From contig NZ_JAFIMU010000004.1 of NCBI RefSeq assembly GCF_017302985.1, positions 816,869 to 848,868 of the forward strand: DNA of 32,000 nt, read 5' to 3'. This DNA comes from Corallococcus macrosporus. Lineage in GTDB: Bacteria; Myxococcota; Myxococcia; Myxococcales; Myxococcaceae. The notes below the pieces were generated by a model. It did not search any database and was not told the DNA's origin. It saw only the letters and a program-made list of their open reading frames with translations. Below are positions 1 to 7,774 of the stretch, piece by piece. Within the stretch, counting starts at the first letter, position 1. Each line of letters opens with the position of its first letter. Both the position numbers and the translations under genes were made by a program.

Positions 1-316
1 CCAGCTCGCCCTGGAGGAACGCCTCGAAGATGGCCCCCACCCCTCGCATGCCGAAGGGGGCGAGTTCCGCAGCGCGCAGGGCCCCCATGCTGGCGCTGCC
101 GTAGACGTGGATGCCCTCTGACATGGCCCAGAGGAGCTCCTTGTGCCACACGGCGGGGACTCGCTCGAAGTAGCCGTCGATGAGGCCCAGAGCCTGGGGG
201 TGCTCGCGCGCGGCCCGGTACACGTCCCCCTGGGCCGCGGGAGGGAGGAACACGGCGTCGAGTTCCCGCTGTCCTTCCTCGGCGCGGAGGGTGGGGCCGG
301 CGAAGATGTAGATCAT
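1..316 (-). CDS. TfuA-like protein, N-terminal part only (gene runs off the left edge)
   Basis: Hand translation of the reverse strand from ATG 316-314 gives MIYIFAGPTLRAEEGQRELDAVFLPPAAQGDVYRAAREHPQALGLIDGYFERVPAVWHKELLWAMSEGIHVYGSASMGALRAAELAPFGMRGVGAIFEAFLQGEL. This is co-linear with the N-terminus of the 7775..9124 paralogue and matches the TfuA signature (PPAxxGD, IDGYF, HKE, SMGALRAAEL). There is an ATGA start/stop overlap with the upstream YcaO gene. Confidence 0.85.
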   Translation of the reverse strand, partial: MIYIFAGPTLRAEEGQRELDAVFLPPAAQGDVYRAAREHPQALGLIDGYFERVPAVWHKELLWAMSEGIHVYGSASMGALRAAELAPFGMRGVGAIFEAFLQGEL

Positions 317-1560
317 GAGAGGCGCGCCTCCATGAGCCGGCGGGCGCGGCGCCCCGGAACGTACCCGGGCGCGTCGTGGAGGGACTCCAGGCCGGGAATC
401 ACCACCCGCGCCACCGGAATCTGGAACGCGGGCTTGGTGAGGTCCACGAGCACCACCTGGTCGAGCCCCACTGAGCCCAGGCGTTCCAGCTCCCAGGCCA
501 CGTCCTCATCGAAGCTGGCCCCCTCGAAGGTCGGGACGTCCTGGAAGCGCCGCTCGGCCTCCGGCTCACGCATCAGCGCCTGGACGCGCTGCGCGAGCAC
601 CGGATCCTGCAAGACATTGTAGGACCGGGCCACCGAGAGATCATCGCGTGACCCGGAGATGAGCGTGGCCCGGACCTGGGCCGCCTCGGTGAGCGCTCGG
701 AGGAGGGCCACCTGGCGGGTGGGATGGCAGCCCATTCCCGACGTCGGGTAGAGCGGGCGGAAGGGCTCCGGCTCTCGCTCGGCGCACATGCAGAGGAAGG
801 CGGGCAGGCCCACATCCGAGGTTGTCTCCCAGACAGCCACGTCCACTCCGGCCCGGTCGAACTTCTCCAGCACTGCGTTACAGTCCGGATCCTCCACCGT
901 CCCCAGGTCGAGCCGGGTCCGCCGCCTTGCCTCCGGAGTTTGCAGGTGCCAGAGGGTGGTGGCGTCACGCTCCACCACCTCGCAGATGCCGTGACTAAGG
1001 GCCTCCAGGAGGTGGTTGCCCGAGGACAGCCCGTTGGAGCTCATGAAGAAGGCGCCGCTACCCGAGGGAAGCGGCAGGGTGTAGTCGGTGTGGACCAGCT
1101 CGAAGGGCAGCCACACCGGCGTGTTTCCCCGCAGCTCGTGCCCCTGGATCCACAGGAGCCGCTGGGAGGGCTGGAAGTCGTTGACCGACAGCCGGGGGAG
1201 CCCGCCGACGTCCACTAGCGGGTGGGAGAAGCGCAGCTCCTGGTAGCTCGCGAGAAGGAGGGGGAGGGTGATGTGCTCGGCATGGTACGTCTCCACGGCC
1301 TCCATCAGCCCGGAGGCCTTGGCTGCGTCCAGGTCCAGGCCCTTACCCTGGGAGACCGCGAGGGACCGCGAGTTGGGCCGGCAGACCGTGACCACCGGAA
1401 TGCCCAGCCGGTCCAGCCCCGTGATGTTGGCGATGCGGGTGATGCCCATGACCGCCATCAGGGGGCGCACCCGCCGCAGCGTCTCCTCGGGAGGAATCAG
1501 CCGGTGCGTTCCCGCCCGGTGGTGCTTGGGGGCCTGGGGCCCGGGAGGGAAGACACGCAT
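313..1560 (-). CDS. YcaO-domain protein (stand-alone, TfuA-associated type), cassette A
   Basis: 415-aa ORF. It has the YcaO ATP/Mg-binding region ...SSGNHLLEALSHGICEVVERDATTLW... and N-terminal GITRIANITGLDRLGIPVV and SQGKGLD motifs. By eye it is roughly two-thirds identical to the 9121..10365 paralogue. Its ATG (1560-1558) overlaps the stop of the upstream gene (TGATG). Confidence 0.9.
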   Translation of the reverse strand: MRVFPPGPQAPKHHRAGTHRLIPPEETLRRVRPLMAVMGITRIANITGLDRLGIPVVTVCRPNSRSLAVSQGKGLDLDAAKASGLMEAVETYHAEHITLPLLLASYQELRFSHPLVDVGGLPRLSVNDFQPSQRLLWIQGHELRGNTPVWLPFELVHTDYTLPLPSGSGAFFMSSNGLSSGNHLLEALSHGICEVVERDATTLWHLQTPEARRRTRLDLGTVEDPDCNAVLEKFDRAGVDVAVWETTSDVGLPAFLCMCAEREPEPFRPLYPTSGMGCHPTRQVALLRALTEAAQVRATLISGSRDDLSVARSYNVLQDPVLAQRVQALMREPEAERRFQDVPTFEGASFDEDVAWELERLGSVGLDQVVLVDLTKPAFQIPVARVVIPGLESLHDAPGYVPGRRARRLMEARLS

Positions 1561-2393
1561 CAGACCCTCTCAGGTGGGCTCGCGGTCTGGCCTTGGCCTT
1601 CCCCGACCTGGGGCGCGGCCTTGGGGTTGGAGCTCAGCTCCGCGGCCTTCTTGCTCCCGAGTTTGAGGGAGGCCAGGTTCAGCAGGAAGCATGAGCAGCC
1701 AACGGTTGGCAGGAAGGGAATGTCCGCGAGGACCGCGCCCAGCCCCACCATGAGCTTGGGGGCACTGGCCAAATCATCGGGAAGCGTCCGGTACCGGTAG
1801 TCGTCGTACTTCAGCCAGTAGAAATCCCCCTTCTCGCTGAAGATGATCAGGTCCTTATCGCCAATCAGGGTCTTCTGCCCAGTCCCGGGGAGCAGGGGCT
1901 CCTGCTCGACGTATTCGAGCAAGGCCTTGTCTTTCTTGACGCGCTTGTTGATCTGCCTTCGCTTTCCCGCCTTTTCCCGGTCGTTGACGAGGGAAGCCAG
2001 ATTCAACACGATGCACGCGATTCCCTTTGTCAGACAATGGAATTCATCCATTTCGAAGGACTGGAGGTCCGCTGCCACGGCACCCAGCCCTACGACGAAC
2101 TCCGGTGCGGCCCAGAGCGACGGCGGGAGCGGGGTGGCTGCATAGGCTTGCTGGGGGGCCACGTAATACTTTCCGTCCTCGCCGAAGATGATCAAGTCAT
2201 TCTGCAGGAGTTGCATTGGCGCCGATTGCGCCCGCGCGTCGCTGACTGGCGGGGAGGGGGCCTCGGCGGGAGGGCCATCCGGAGGGGCGGCTGTGTATCC
2301 GCCGGTCCTGCTACGTGAGCGCTGGCGTCTGGACGCTCCCCCGTGGCTTCGGGCGCTCTGGAAGCCGAACTTGATATCTTTTATAAAACCCAT
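1560..2393 (-). CDS. Candidate YcaO/TfuA substrate protein with two internal ~65-70 aa modules and a basic, Pro-rich N-terminal region
   Basis: 277-aa ORF with ATG at 2393, preceded by GGAGGAG 7 nt upstream. It contains two copies of the pattern DLIIF-x-E-x-G-x-[YF]Y...LP...AP...VGLGAV-x-AD...G-x-x-C-x-x-LNLASL. It sits directly upstream of YcaO and overlaps it by 1 nt. I recognise no known family. Confidence 0.75.
   Translation of the reverse strand: MGFIKDIKFGFQSARSHGGASRRQRSRSRTGGYTAAPPDGPPAEAPSPPVSDARAQSAPMQLLQNDLIIFGEDGKYYVAPQQAYAATPLPPSLWAAPEFVVGLGAVAADLQSFEMDEFHCLTKGIACIVLNLASLVNDREKAGKRRQINKRVKKDKALLEYVEQEPLLPGTGQKTLIGDKDLIIFSEKGDFYWLKYDDYRYRTLPDDLASAPKLMVGLGAVLADIPFLPTVGCSCFLLNLASLKLGSKKAAELSSNPKAAPQVGEGQGQTASPPERV
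1665..1853 (-). repeat. Module copy 2 inside the 277-aa protein (residues 181-243)
   Basis: DLIIFSEKGDFYWLKYDDYRYRTLPDDLASAPKLMVGLGAVLADIPFLPTVGCSCFLLNLASL. Confidence 0.8.
1989..2198 (-). repeat. Module copy 1 inside the 277-aa protein (residues 66-135)
   Basis: DLIIFGEDGKYYVAPQQAYAATPLPPSLWAAPEFVVGLGAVAADLQSFEMDEFHCLTKGIACIVLNLASL. It aligns with copy 2 and with the 10386..10583 module. Similarity is also visible at DNA level (gaagatgatcaagtc vs gaagatgatcaggtc). Confidence 0.8.
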
Positions 2394-2435
2394 TGCTTGA
2401 CTCCTCCTGACTCCTCACCCGCCGCCGAACGTGGG

Positions 2436-3176
2436 TCACGCATTGCTCTCGGGACGGACGTTGGGACGGCTCAGAAGCGGGGAGAACTGGTAGTGGCGTG
2501 AGACGTTGCGGAAGATGTGCTGATCCTGTGTGCCAAGGTTGTTGAGCTCGAAGTAGTCCTGGTTGTCTGAAAGCTGCATCATCAGGTACTCCAGGTCCTC
2601 GGTCTCTCTGAAATCCCAGATGTTCAAGATTTCGAATTCGTTGCTGGTTTCGCTTATTTTCTGTCCCGCGACGATCAGCCTGAGGCCATTCTGAAGAAAG
2701 ACCGGCAGCAGACGTCTCTTCAGCTCTGAGAACCTATCGACCTTCTTCTCTGAGTCCACCGTGATGGTTGTGTAGAGGAGATAGGGTTCCAGCATCGCTT
2801 CATGGGACATGCGGGAGTTGATGTAGCTCATCTGGGTGAAGTAGTGAGTTTCCAGGTCTGTCTTGTTGTCTGGAACGAGTCCCAGGATCTGCTTCTGGAA
2901 GGGCAGTGGCTGTCGATGGTCTCCGTTGCCAAACATTGTCGTGAGGGTCTCCGAGCAGGCCCCCCGTCTGTCGATGTAGTAGATCTCGATCAGCCGCTCG
3001 GGGTTGCCAGTCAGCGCGGCGCCCTTGATCTGGCGGATCCAATCAATGGAAGGCTGTTCGAGGTACCGCTTCCGTACCTGGGTCGCCAGCAGGTAGCGCA
3101 GCATCTGCCCTTTCTTGGGTTTGCCGGTGAATTGCACGTAGTCGACAAGGTCTACATTGCTGTCGTTGATTTCCAT
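2436..3176 (-). CDS. Hypothetical protein, probably a tandem ferredoxin-like alpha+beta barrel (NIPSNAP/Dabb-like pattern), cassette A
   Basis: 246-aa ORF with ATG at 3176 and GGAGAAGGAAG just upstream. Its C-terminal half (LLYTTITVDSEKKVDRFSELKRRLLPVFLQNGLRLIVAGQKISETSNEFEILNIWDF...) aligns with the C-terminal half of the 10818..11555 product. The fold assignment comes from sequence pattern only. GC content is clearly lower (about 50% in sampled 60-nt stretches) than in neighbouring genes. Confidence 0.6.
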   Translation of the reverse strand: MEINDSNVDLVDYVQFTGKPKKGQMLRYLLATQVRKRYLEQPSIDWIRQIKGAALTGNPERLIEIYYIDRRGACSETLTTMFGNGDHRQPLPFQKQILGLVPDNKTDLETHYFTQMSYINSRMSHEAMLEPYLLYTTITVDSEKKVDRFSELKRRLLPVFLQNGLRLIVAGQKISETSNEFEILNIWDFRETEDLEYLMMQLSDNQDYFELNNLGTQDQHIFRNVSRHYQFSPLLSRPNVRPESNA

Positions 3177-3216
3177 TGCTTCCTTCTCCCGAATCCAAGG
3201 GCTGATGGATGGAGCG

Positions 3217-4137
3217 TCATCCCCGCGCTTCCTCTTGCGCCAGGGGCTGTCCGGCCAGCACCCGTTCCACGAAGTCCGCGACCGGGCGGGGGCGTACCGG
3301 AATGGCGTCCATCGCCGGGCGCGGGTCGAGTTCGCAGCCGAGCGCGAGGTTGAGCATCAGCGCGGCGAAGGAGCGCTGGAGGGGGTCCGTGGTGGCTTCG
3401 TACTGCTCGCGGAGCGCGGACTCGGGGACGTACTCACGCTCCCAGGCCCGGCCGCTCCGCTCCTCGAACAGGCGCACCACCTGGAGCTGACCTACCGCCT
3501 CCTCGGCTCCGAGCTCGAGCACGGCGCCCCAGGCACGAGGGGTGTCCAGCGCTCCGGCGGCGAACCGGGCCACGTCCTCGAGGGTGATCCAGTTCACCCG
3601 TCCCTCTCCCGTTCCCAGGACGCGGGCCCGGGCCTTCACGGCGTCGAAGCCCATGGCCGCGCTCAGCCAGACGTCGCTGAAGAAGGTGGGACGCAGGAGG
3701 GTGGTGCGGGGGAATCCGCCGCGCAGCACCTCCTGCTCCACCGCGCGCTTGGCGTCCTGGAGCGGGAAGTTCCCCTGGAGCGGCGGGAAGGAGACGAACA
3801 CGAAGTGCTCCACCCCCGCGCGCCGTGCCGCCTCCACGAGGGCAAGCTGGCCTTCCAGGTCGACGGACTGGATGGAATCTCCCGGCTGCCTCGACAGCAT
3901 GCACGACGCTGTCGTGATGACTGCTTGCGCGCCCGCGCAGAGCGCGTCGAGCGACGCGGGCTGCTTCAGGTCTCCCGGGTGCGTCTCCACGCCCAGGCGC
4001 TTCAGCCGCTCGACACGGCGGGAGTCCGAGGTTGGCCGGACGAGGGCCCGGACCCGAGCGCCGCCAGCCCGCAGTTGCTGACAGACCGTTCCCCCCAACA
4101 TCCCCGTGCCGCCGGCCACGGCGGTGATTCCTCTCAT
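3217..4137 (-). CDS. NmrA-like / atypical SDR NAD(P)-binding protein
   Basis: The N-terminal Rossmann motif is ITAVAGGTGMLGGTVCQQL. ATG at 4137 is preferred because GAGGAGAGGA lies upstream. The ORF track extends to 4152. Confidence 0.75.
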   Translation of the reverse strand: MRGITAVAGGTGMLGGTVCQQLRAGGARVRALVRPTSDSRRVERLKRLGVETHPGDLKQPASLDALCAGAQAVITTASCMLSRQPGDSIQSVDLEGQLALVEAARRAGVEHFVFVSFPPLQGNFPLQDAKRAVEQEVLRGGFPRTTLLRPTFFSDVWLSAAMGFDAVKARARVLGTGEGRVNWITLEDVARFAAGALDTPRAWGAVLELGAEEAVGQLQVVRLFEERSGRAWEREYVPESALREQYEATTDPLQRSFAALMLNLALGCELDPRPAMDAIPVRPRPVADFVERVLAGQPLAQEEARG

Positions 4138-4148
4138 GGTTCCTCTCC

Positions 4149-7100
4149 TCACAGATACCGCCAGCTCCGCGCGGACGCGGTGGCGCGCTCCAGGGACTCC
4201 CGCGTCGCCTTCCGCTGGCCTTCAGTCCAAACATGGATCGCCTTCTCCAATTGGGAAGACAGCGCTTCCGGGAGCCGCTGTTGGGTCGGGTCCAGCAGGG
4301 CACGCGCATGCTCCACTGCCTCCGTGAGGAATTGGCGCTGGAGCGCGATCGCCAGGAGCACCCACAATCCCTGCCATTGAAAGGGATAGGGGTAGATGGC
4401 GGAGAGCTTGCGCCAGCACTCCAGGGCCGCCCGGGCCTCCTGTTCGGCGTCGTCCAGCCGTTGCTCCCGCCAGGCCACCCACGCCTGGCTGGCCCGGGCC
4501 GCTCCCACGTAGTCCGTCATCCGGGCCATGGCCGCCACGTCCAGGCTTCGTGCGCTGGACTCCCGGGTGCGGTCGACGAGCCCTCGCCGGCGGTACACCA
4601 GGGTCAGGTAGGTGAGCAGGCGCGACTGGAGCGTCAGGTCTCCTGTCTCTTCCGCCAGCCGCAGCCCGGCGAGGCCCTGTTCCTCCGCCAGGTCCAGCGC
4701 TCCGGACAGGACCAGGGTGAACGCATGACAGAAGAGGGCCAGCGCCTGGGTGGAGAGGTCCTCCGCGGTCCTGGCGGCCTCCACCGCCAGGCGGCCGTAC
4801 TCCACCATCTGGGGGGAGATGGCGTAGCGCTCCTGCCGGAAGCACGTGTTCGCGAACACGACGAAGAAGCGGGCGCGCTGCGCGCCCGTTCCGTAGGTCT
4901 CCAGCACCGGGCGCACCCGCTCCACGAGCGCGCCCATCGCCTCCCGGTCATCCTGCCAGTACAGGGTCCAGTGCAGGTCCTCCTGGAGTTGCAACCACTC
5001 CTGCCACCAGGTCCGCGCCGCTGGCGCTGTCGTGTCCTCCGCCTTGGGCGGGGTGCCCAGGGCCGCCTCGGCATCCGCGTACGCGCGCAGCGCCTCTTCG
5101 TGCCGGTGGTGTGTCTCCCAGGTCTTGCCCACCCTGCGAAGGATGCTGGCCCGGTGCACCTGCCCCTCCACCGGAAGGCAGGCCAGCGCCTCGCCATAGG
5201 CCGTGCGCGCTTCTTCCTGCCGCCCGGTCAGCGCAAGCACGTCCGCGAGGCTTTCGTGGATGGGTAGAAAGGACGGCCTCCCGCCCGGGGGCGCGTCCTT
5301 CGCCCGGGCGCGGTGCGCGCGCGCTTCAGCCAGCGCGGCACGATACGAGGTGATGGCTTCGCCATTGGCATGGGTGGCCCGGGCGCGGTCCGCGGCCCGG
5401 CGGAAGTAGTCGCTGGCCCGGTCGGGGACCCCCGCCCTGGACCAGTGGTTGGCCAGGCTGGAGAAGAGCAGGTCGAAGTCGCGCGCATGCTGGTGCCGCT
5501 GCTCGATGACCTCGGCGGCGCGGCGGTGGAGCTGGCGCGCGCGCTCCGGAGGAATGCGGGCGTAGGAAATCTCGCGCAGCTTGTCGTGGAGGAAGCGCAG
5601 CCGCCCTCCCGCGCCCCTTTCGAGGATCTGCCGCACTCGCAGCGTCTGCAGCGCCTCCAGGGCCAGCGCCTGCTTCAGCGGCGCCGCGGACAGCAACACC
5701 TCCACGTCACACTCACGGCCGAGCACGGCCGCGAACTCCATGAGCGCCTGCGCCGGGGGTGGGAGGTCCCGCAGGCGCCGCTGGATGATCTCCGCGATGA
5801 AGAGGGGCAGGCCCATGCCGTCGAGCGAGGCGCGGGGCTGGCCCTGCTCTTCCAGGCGCCACTGGCCCCATTCGTCGCGGTGGAGCAGCCCCTCCGTGAT
5901 GGCGGCCCTCAGGTACTCCGCGATGAAGAAGGGATTGCCCTCGGCCTGGTGCACCAGCCCGTCGAAGTCCTTCGGCAGCGTGTGCAGCGCGAGCATTCCA
6001 CCGACCATGGACCGGATGCCCTGCTCGTCGAGCAGCTCCAGCTCCAGGTGGAGGGCTCCGGACATGGACACCACTTCGTCCAGCACTCCGCCGCGCTCCT
6101 CCATGCGGTAGGTCCCCAGCAGGAGCACACCCCGTTCGACCAGCTCCTCGTGCCGCAGCTGCTGGAGGAAGCCCAGGGACATCTCGTCCGCCCACTGGAG
6201 GTCATCGATGATGATCAGCAGCGGGTCCTCCTCTGCGAAGGCGAAGAGGACCTCCCTCAGGGCCGCGAAGATGCGGGCGCGCGCGGCCGCGGCGTTCGCG
6301 GGGGGCGGAGGCACGGGCAGCTCCCGCTGGCCGGGCAGGTCCTCCAGGGCGGGCTCATAGGCGACCAGGACCTTCCCCTGGGACCCGAGCAACCGTGCCG
6401 TCTCCTCCGGGCCTCCCTGACGGCAGTGGTCCGCGACCGCGGCGAGCAGGGGGCGGAAGGGATGAAGGGGAGGGGCCTTCATGTCCGTGTCGGCCTGCGG
6501 ACCGGAGAGGCCGAGCGGGATGCACTCGCATGTCACCACGGGGAGCTCCCGGGCGCGGGCTTCGCGGGCCAGCTCCAGCGCCAGCCGGGTCTTGCCGACT
6601 CCGCTGCCGCCGCCAATGAAGATTCCTCCTCCATTGCGAGCAAGCCGCTCGCGGAGGCGGCGCATGGTGTCCTCCCTCCCCGTGAAGAGCGGGCGGTAGA
6701 GGTAGGGCCGGCTCTCAGGCAGTCCCGCTGGCTCAGGGGCCTCGACCCCCAGCTCCGACAGCGCCCGGGCCACGTCGTCGGCGTAGCCGAGCCGGTCCTC
6801 GGGCTGCTTCGCGAGGAGCGTGAGGATGAGCCACTCCAGCTGTACCGGAAGCCGCTCCTCGGTGAGCTGTGAAGGCGGGGTCGGGGGCTCGCGCAGGTGC
6901 CGCTTGCGGATGACACGGCTTGAGCTTCCGAAGAAGGGAACGAAGCCGGTCACGCATTCATACAGGATGCACCCCAGGGAGTAGAGGTCGGCGCGGGCGT
7001 CCACGAGGTCGGCACGAATCTGCTCGGGCGCCATGTACAGGAGCGTGCCCAACCCGGCGTTGCCAGCCTGGAGGCTCTCCCGCCCGAAGGGCCCGCCAAA

Positions 7101-7676
7101 CAGCGCCGCCACCCCGAAGTCCCCGAGGACCACGCTCCCATCGGGCTGGATGAAGATGTTGCCGGGCTTGAGGTCGCAGTGAACGAGACCGCAGCCGTGC
7201 AGGTAGGCCAGGGGCGCGCACAGCTGTCGCACGACCTTCAGCAACGGGCGGGAGGGCAGGGACGTGGCGTGCGAGTCCTCCACGGACCGCCCGGCGGTGA
7301 CCCTCGGAGCGCGGGAGGACTGGCCGAAGGACAGGCTGTGGTGCTCTTCGAGGACCTGCCTGAACGTGCGGCCCTCCAGCAATCCCATCGCATACCAGGG
7401 GAGCCCGCCGGACATGCCGTGGTCGAGGATCCGCACGATGCCCGGGTGATGGATCCGGATGAGCGCCTGGATCTCCCTCCGGAGGCTGGCCAGGGTCTCG
7501 GTGCCCGTGACGCGGACCGTCTTCAAGGCCGCGCGCTGACCTGTCACGCGATGCTGGCCCAGGTAGACGATGCCCATGCCCCCATGGCCGAGGATTCCCT
7601 GGACCTGATAGGGCCCCATCCACCGGGGCATTCCAGGGCGTGCCTCCTCCAGCACCCAGGACTCGTGCTCGCTCAT
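4149..7676 (-). CDS. Ser/Thr protein kinase fused to an AAA/P-loop NTPase and a TPR-like helical C-terminus (STAND-like signalling protein)
   Basis: The kinase subdomains are GHGGMGIVYLGQH, HCDLKPGNIF, DFG and YMAPE. A P-loop GGGSGVGKTRLALE follows, then a long helical repeat region. ATG at 7676 is preferred because GGGGAGGAG lies upstream. Confidence 0.88.
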   Translation of the reverse strand: MSEHESWVLEEARPGMPRWMGPYQVQGILGHGGMGIVYLGQHRVTGQRAALKTVRVTGTETLASLRREIQALIRIHHPGIVRILDHGMSGGLPWYAMGLLEGRTFRQVLEEHHSLSFGQSSRAPRVTAGRSVEDSHATSLPSRPLLKVVRQLCAPLAYLHGCGLVHCDLKPGNIFIQPDGSVVLGDFGVAALFGGPFGRESLQAGNAGLGTLLYMAPEQIRADLVDARADLYSLGCILYECVTGFVPFFGSSSRVIRKRHLREPPTPPSQLTEERLPVQLEWLILTLLAKQPEDRLGYADDVARALSELGVEAPEPAGLPESRPYLYRPLFTGREDTMRRLRERLARNGGGIFIGGGSGVGKTRLALELAREARARELPVVTCECIPLGLSGPQADTDMKAPPLHPFRPLLAAVADHCRQGGPEETARLLGSQGKVLVAYEPALEDLPGQRELPVPPPPANAAAARARIFAALREVLFAFAEEDPLLIIIDDLQWADEMSLGFLQQLRHEELVERGVLLLGTYRMEERGGVLDEVVSMSGALHLELELLDEQGIRSMVGGMLALHTLPKDFDGLVHQAEGNPFFIAEYLRAAITEGLLHRDEWGQWRLEEQGQPRASLDGMGLPLFIAEIIQRRLRDLPPPAQALMEFAAVLGRECDVEVLLSAAPLKQALALEALQTLRVRQILERGAGGRLRFLHDKLREISYARIPPERARQLHRRAAEVIEQRHQHARDFDLLFSSLANHWSRAGVPDRASDYFRRAADRARATHANGEAITSYRAALAEARAHRARAKDAPPGGRPSFLPIHESLADVLALTGRQEEARTAYGEALACLPVEGQVHRASILRRVGKTWETHHRHEEALRAYADAEAALGTPPKAEDTTAPAARTWWQEWLQLQEDLHWTLYWQDDREAMGALVERVRPVLETYGTGAQRARFFVVFANTCFRQERYAISPQMVEYGRLAVEAARTAEDLSTQALALFCHAFTLVLSGALDLAEEQGLAGLRLAEETGDLTLQSRLLTYLTLVYRRRGLVDRTRESSARSLDVAAMARMTDYVGAARASQAWVAWREQRLDDAEQEARAALECWRKLSAIYPYPFQWQGLWVLLAIALQRQFLTEAVEHARALLDPTQQRLPEALSSQLEKAIHVWTEGQRKATRESLERATASARSWRYL

Positions 7677-7774
7677 GACTCCTCCCCTGTCGTGTGCAAG
7701 CGCTCGCGCACGCGCGGCGCCTCTCACGGATCAGGGTGGTGATGGCGGGACGGCCTTGCCTCGCTCTGCCTCTT

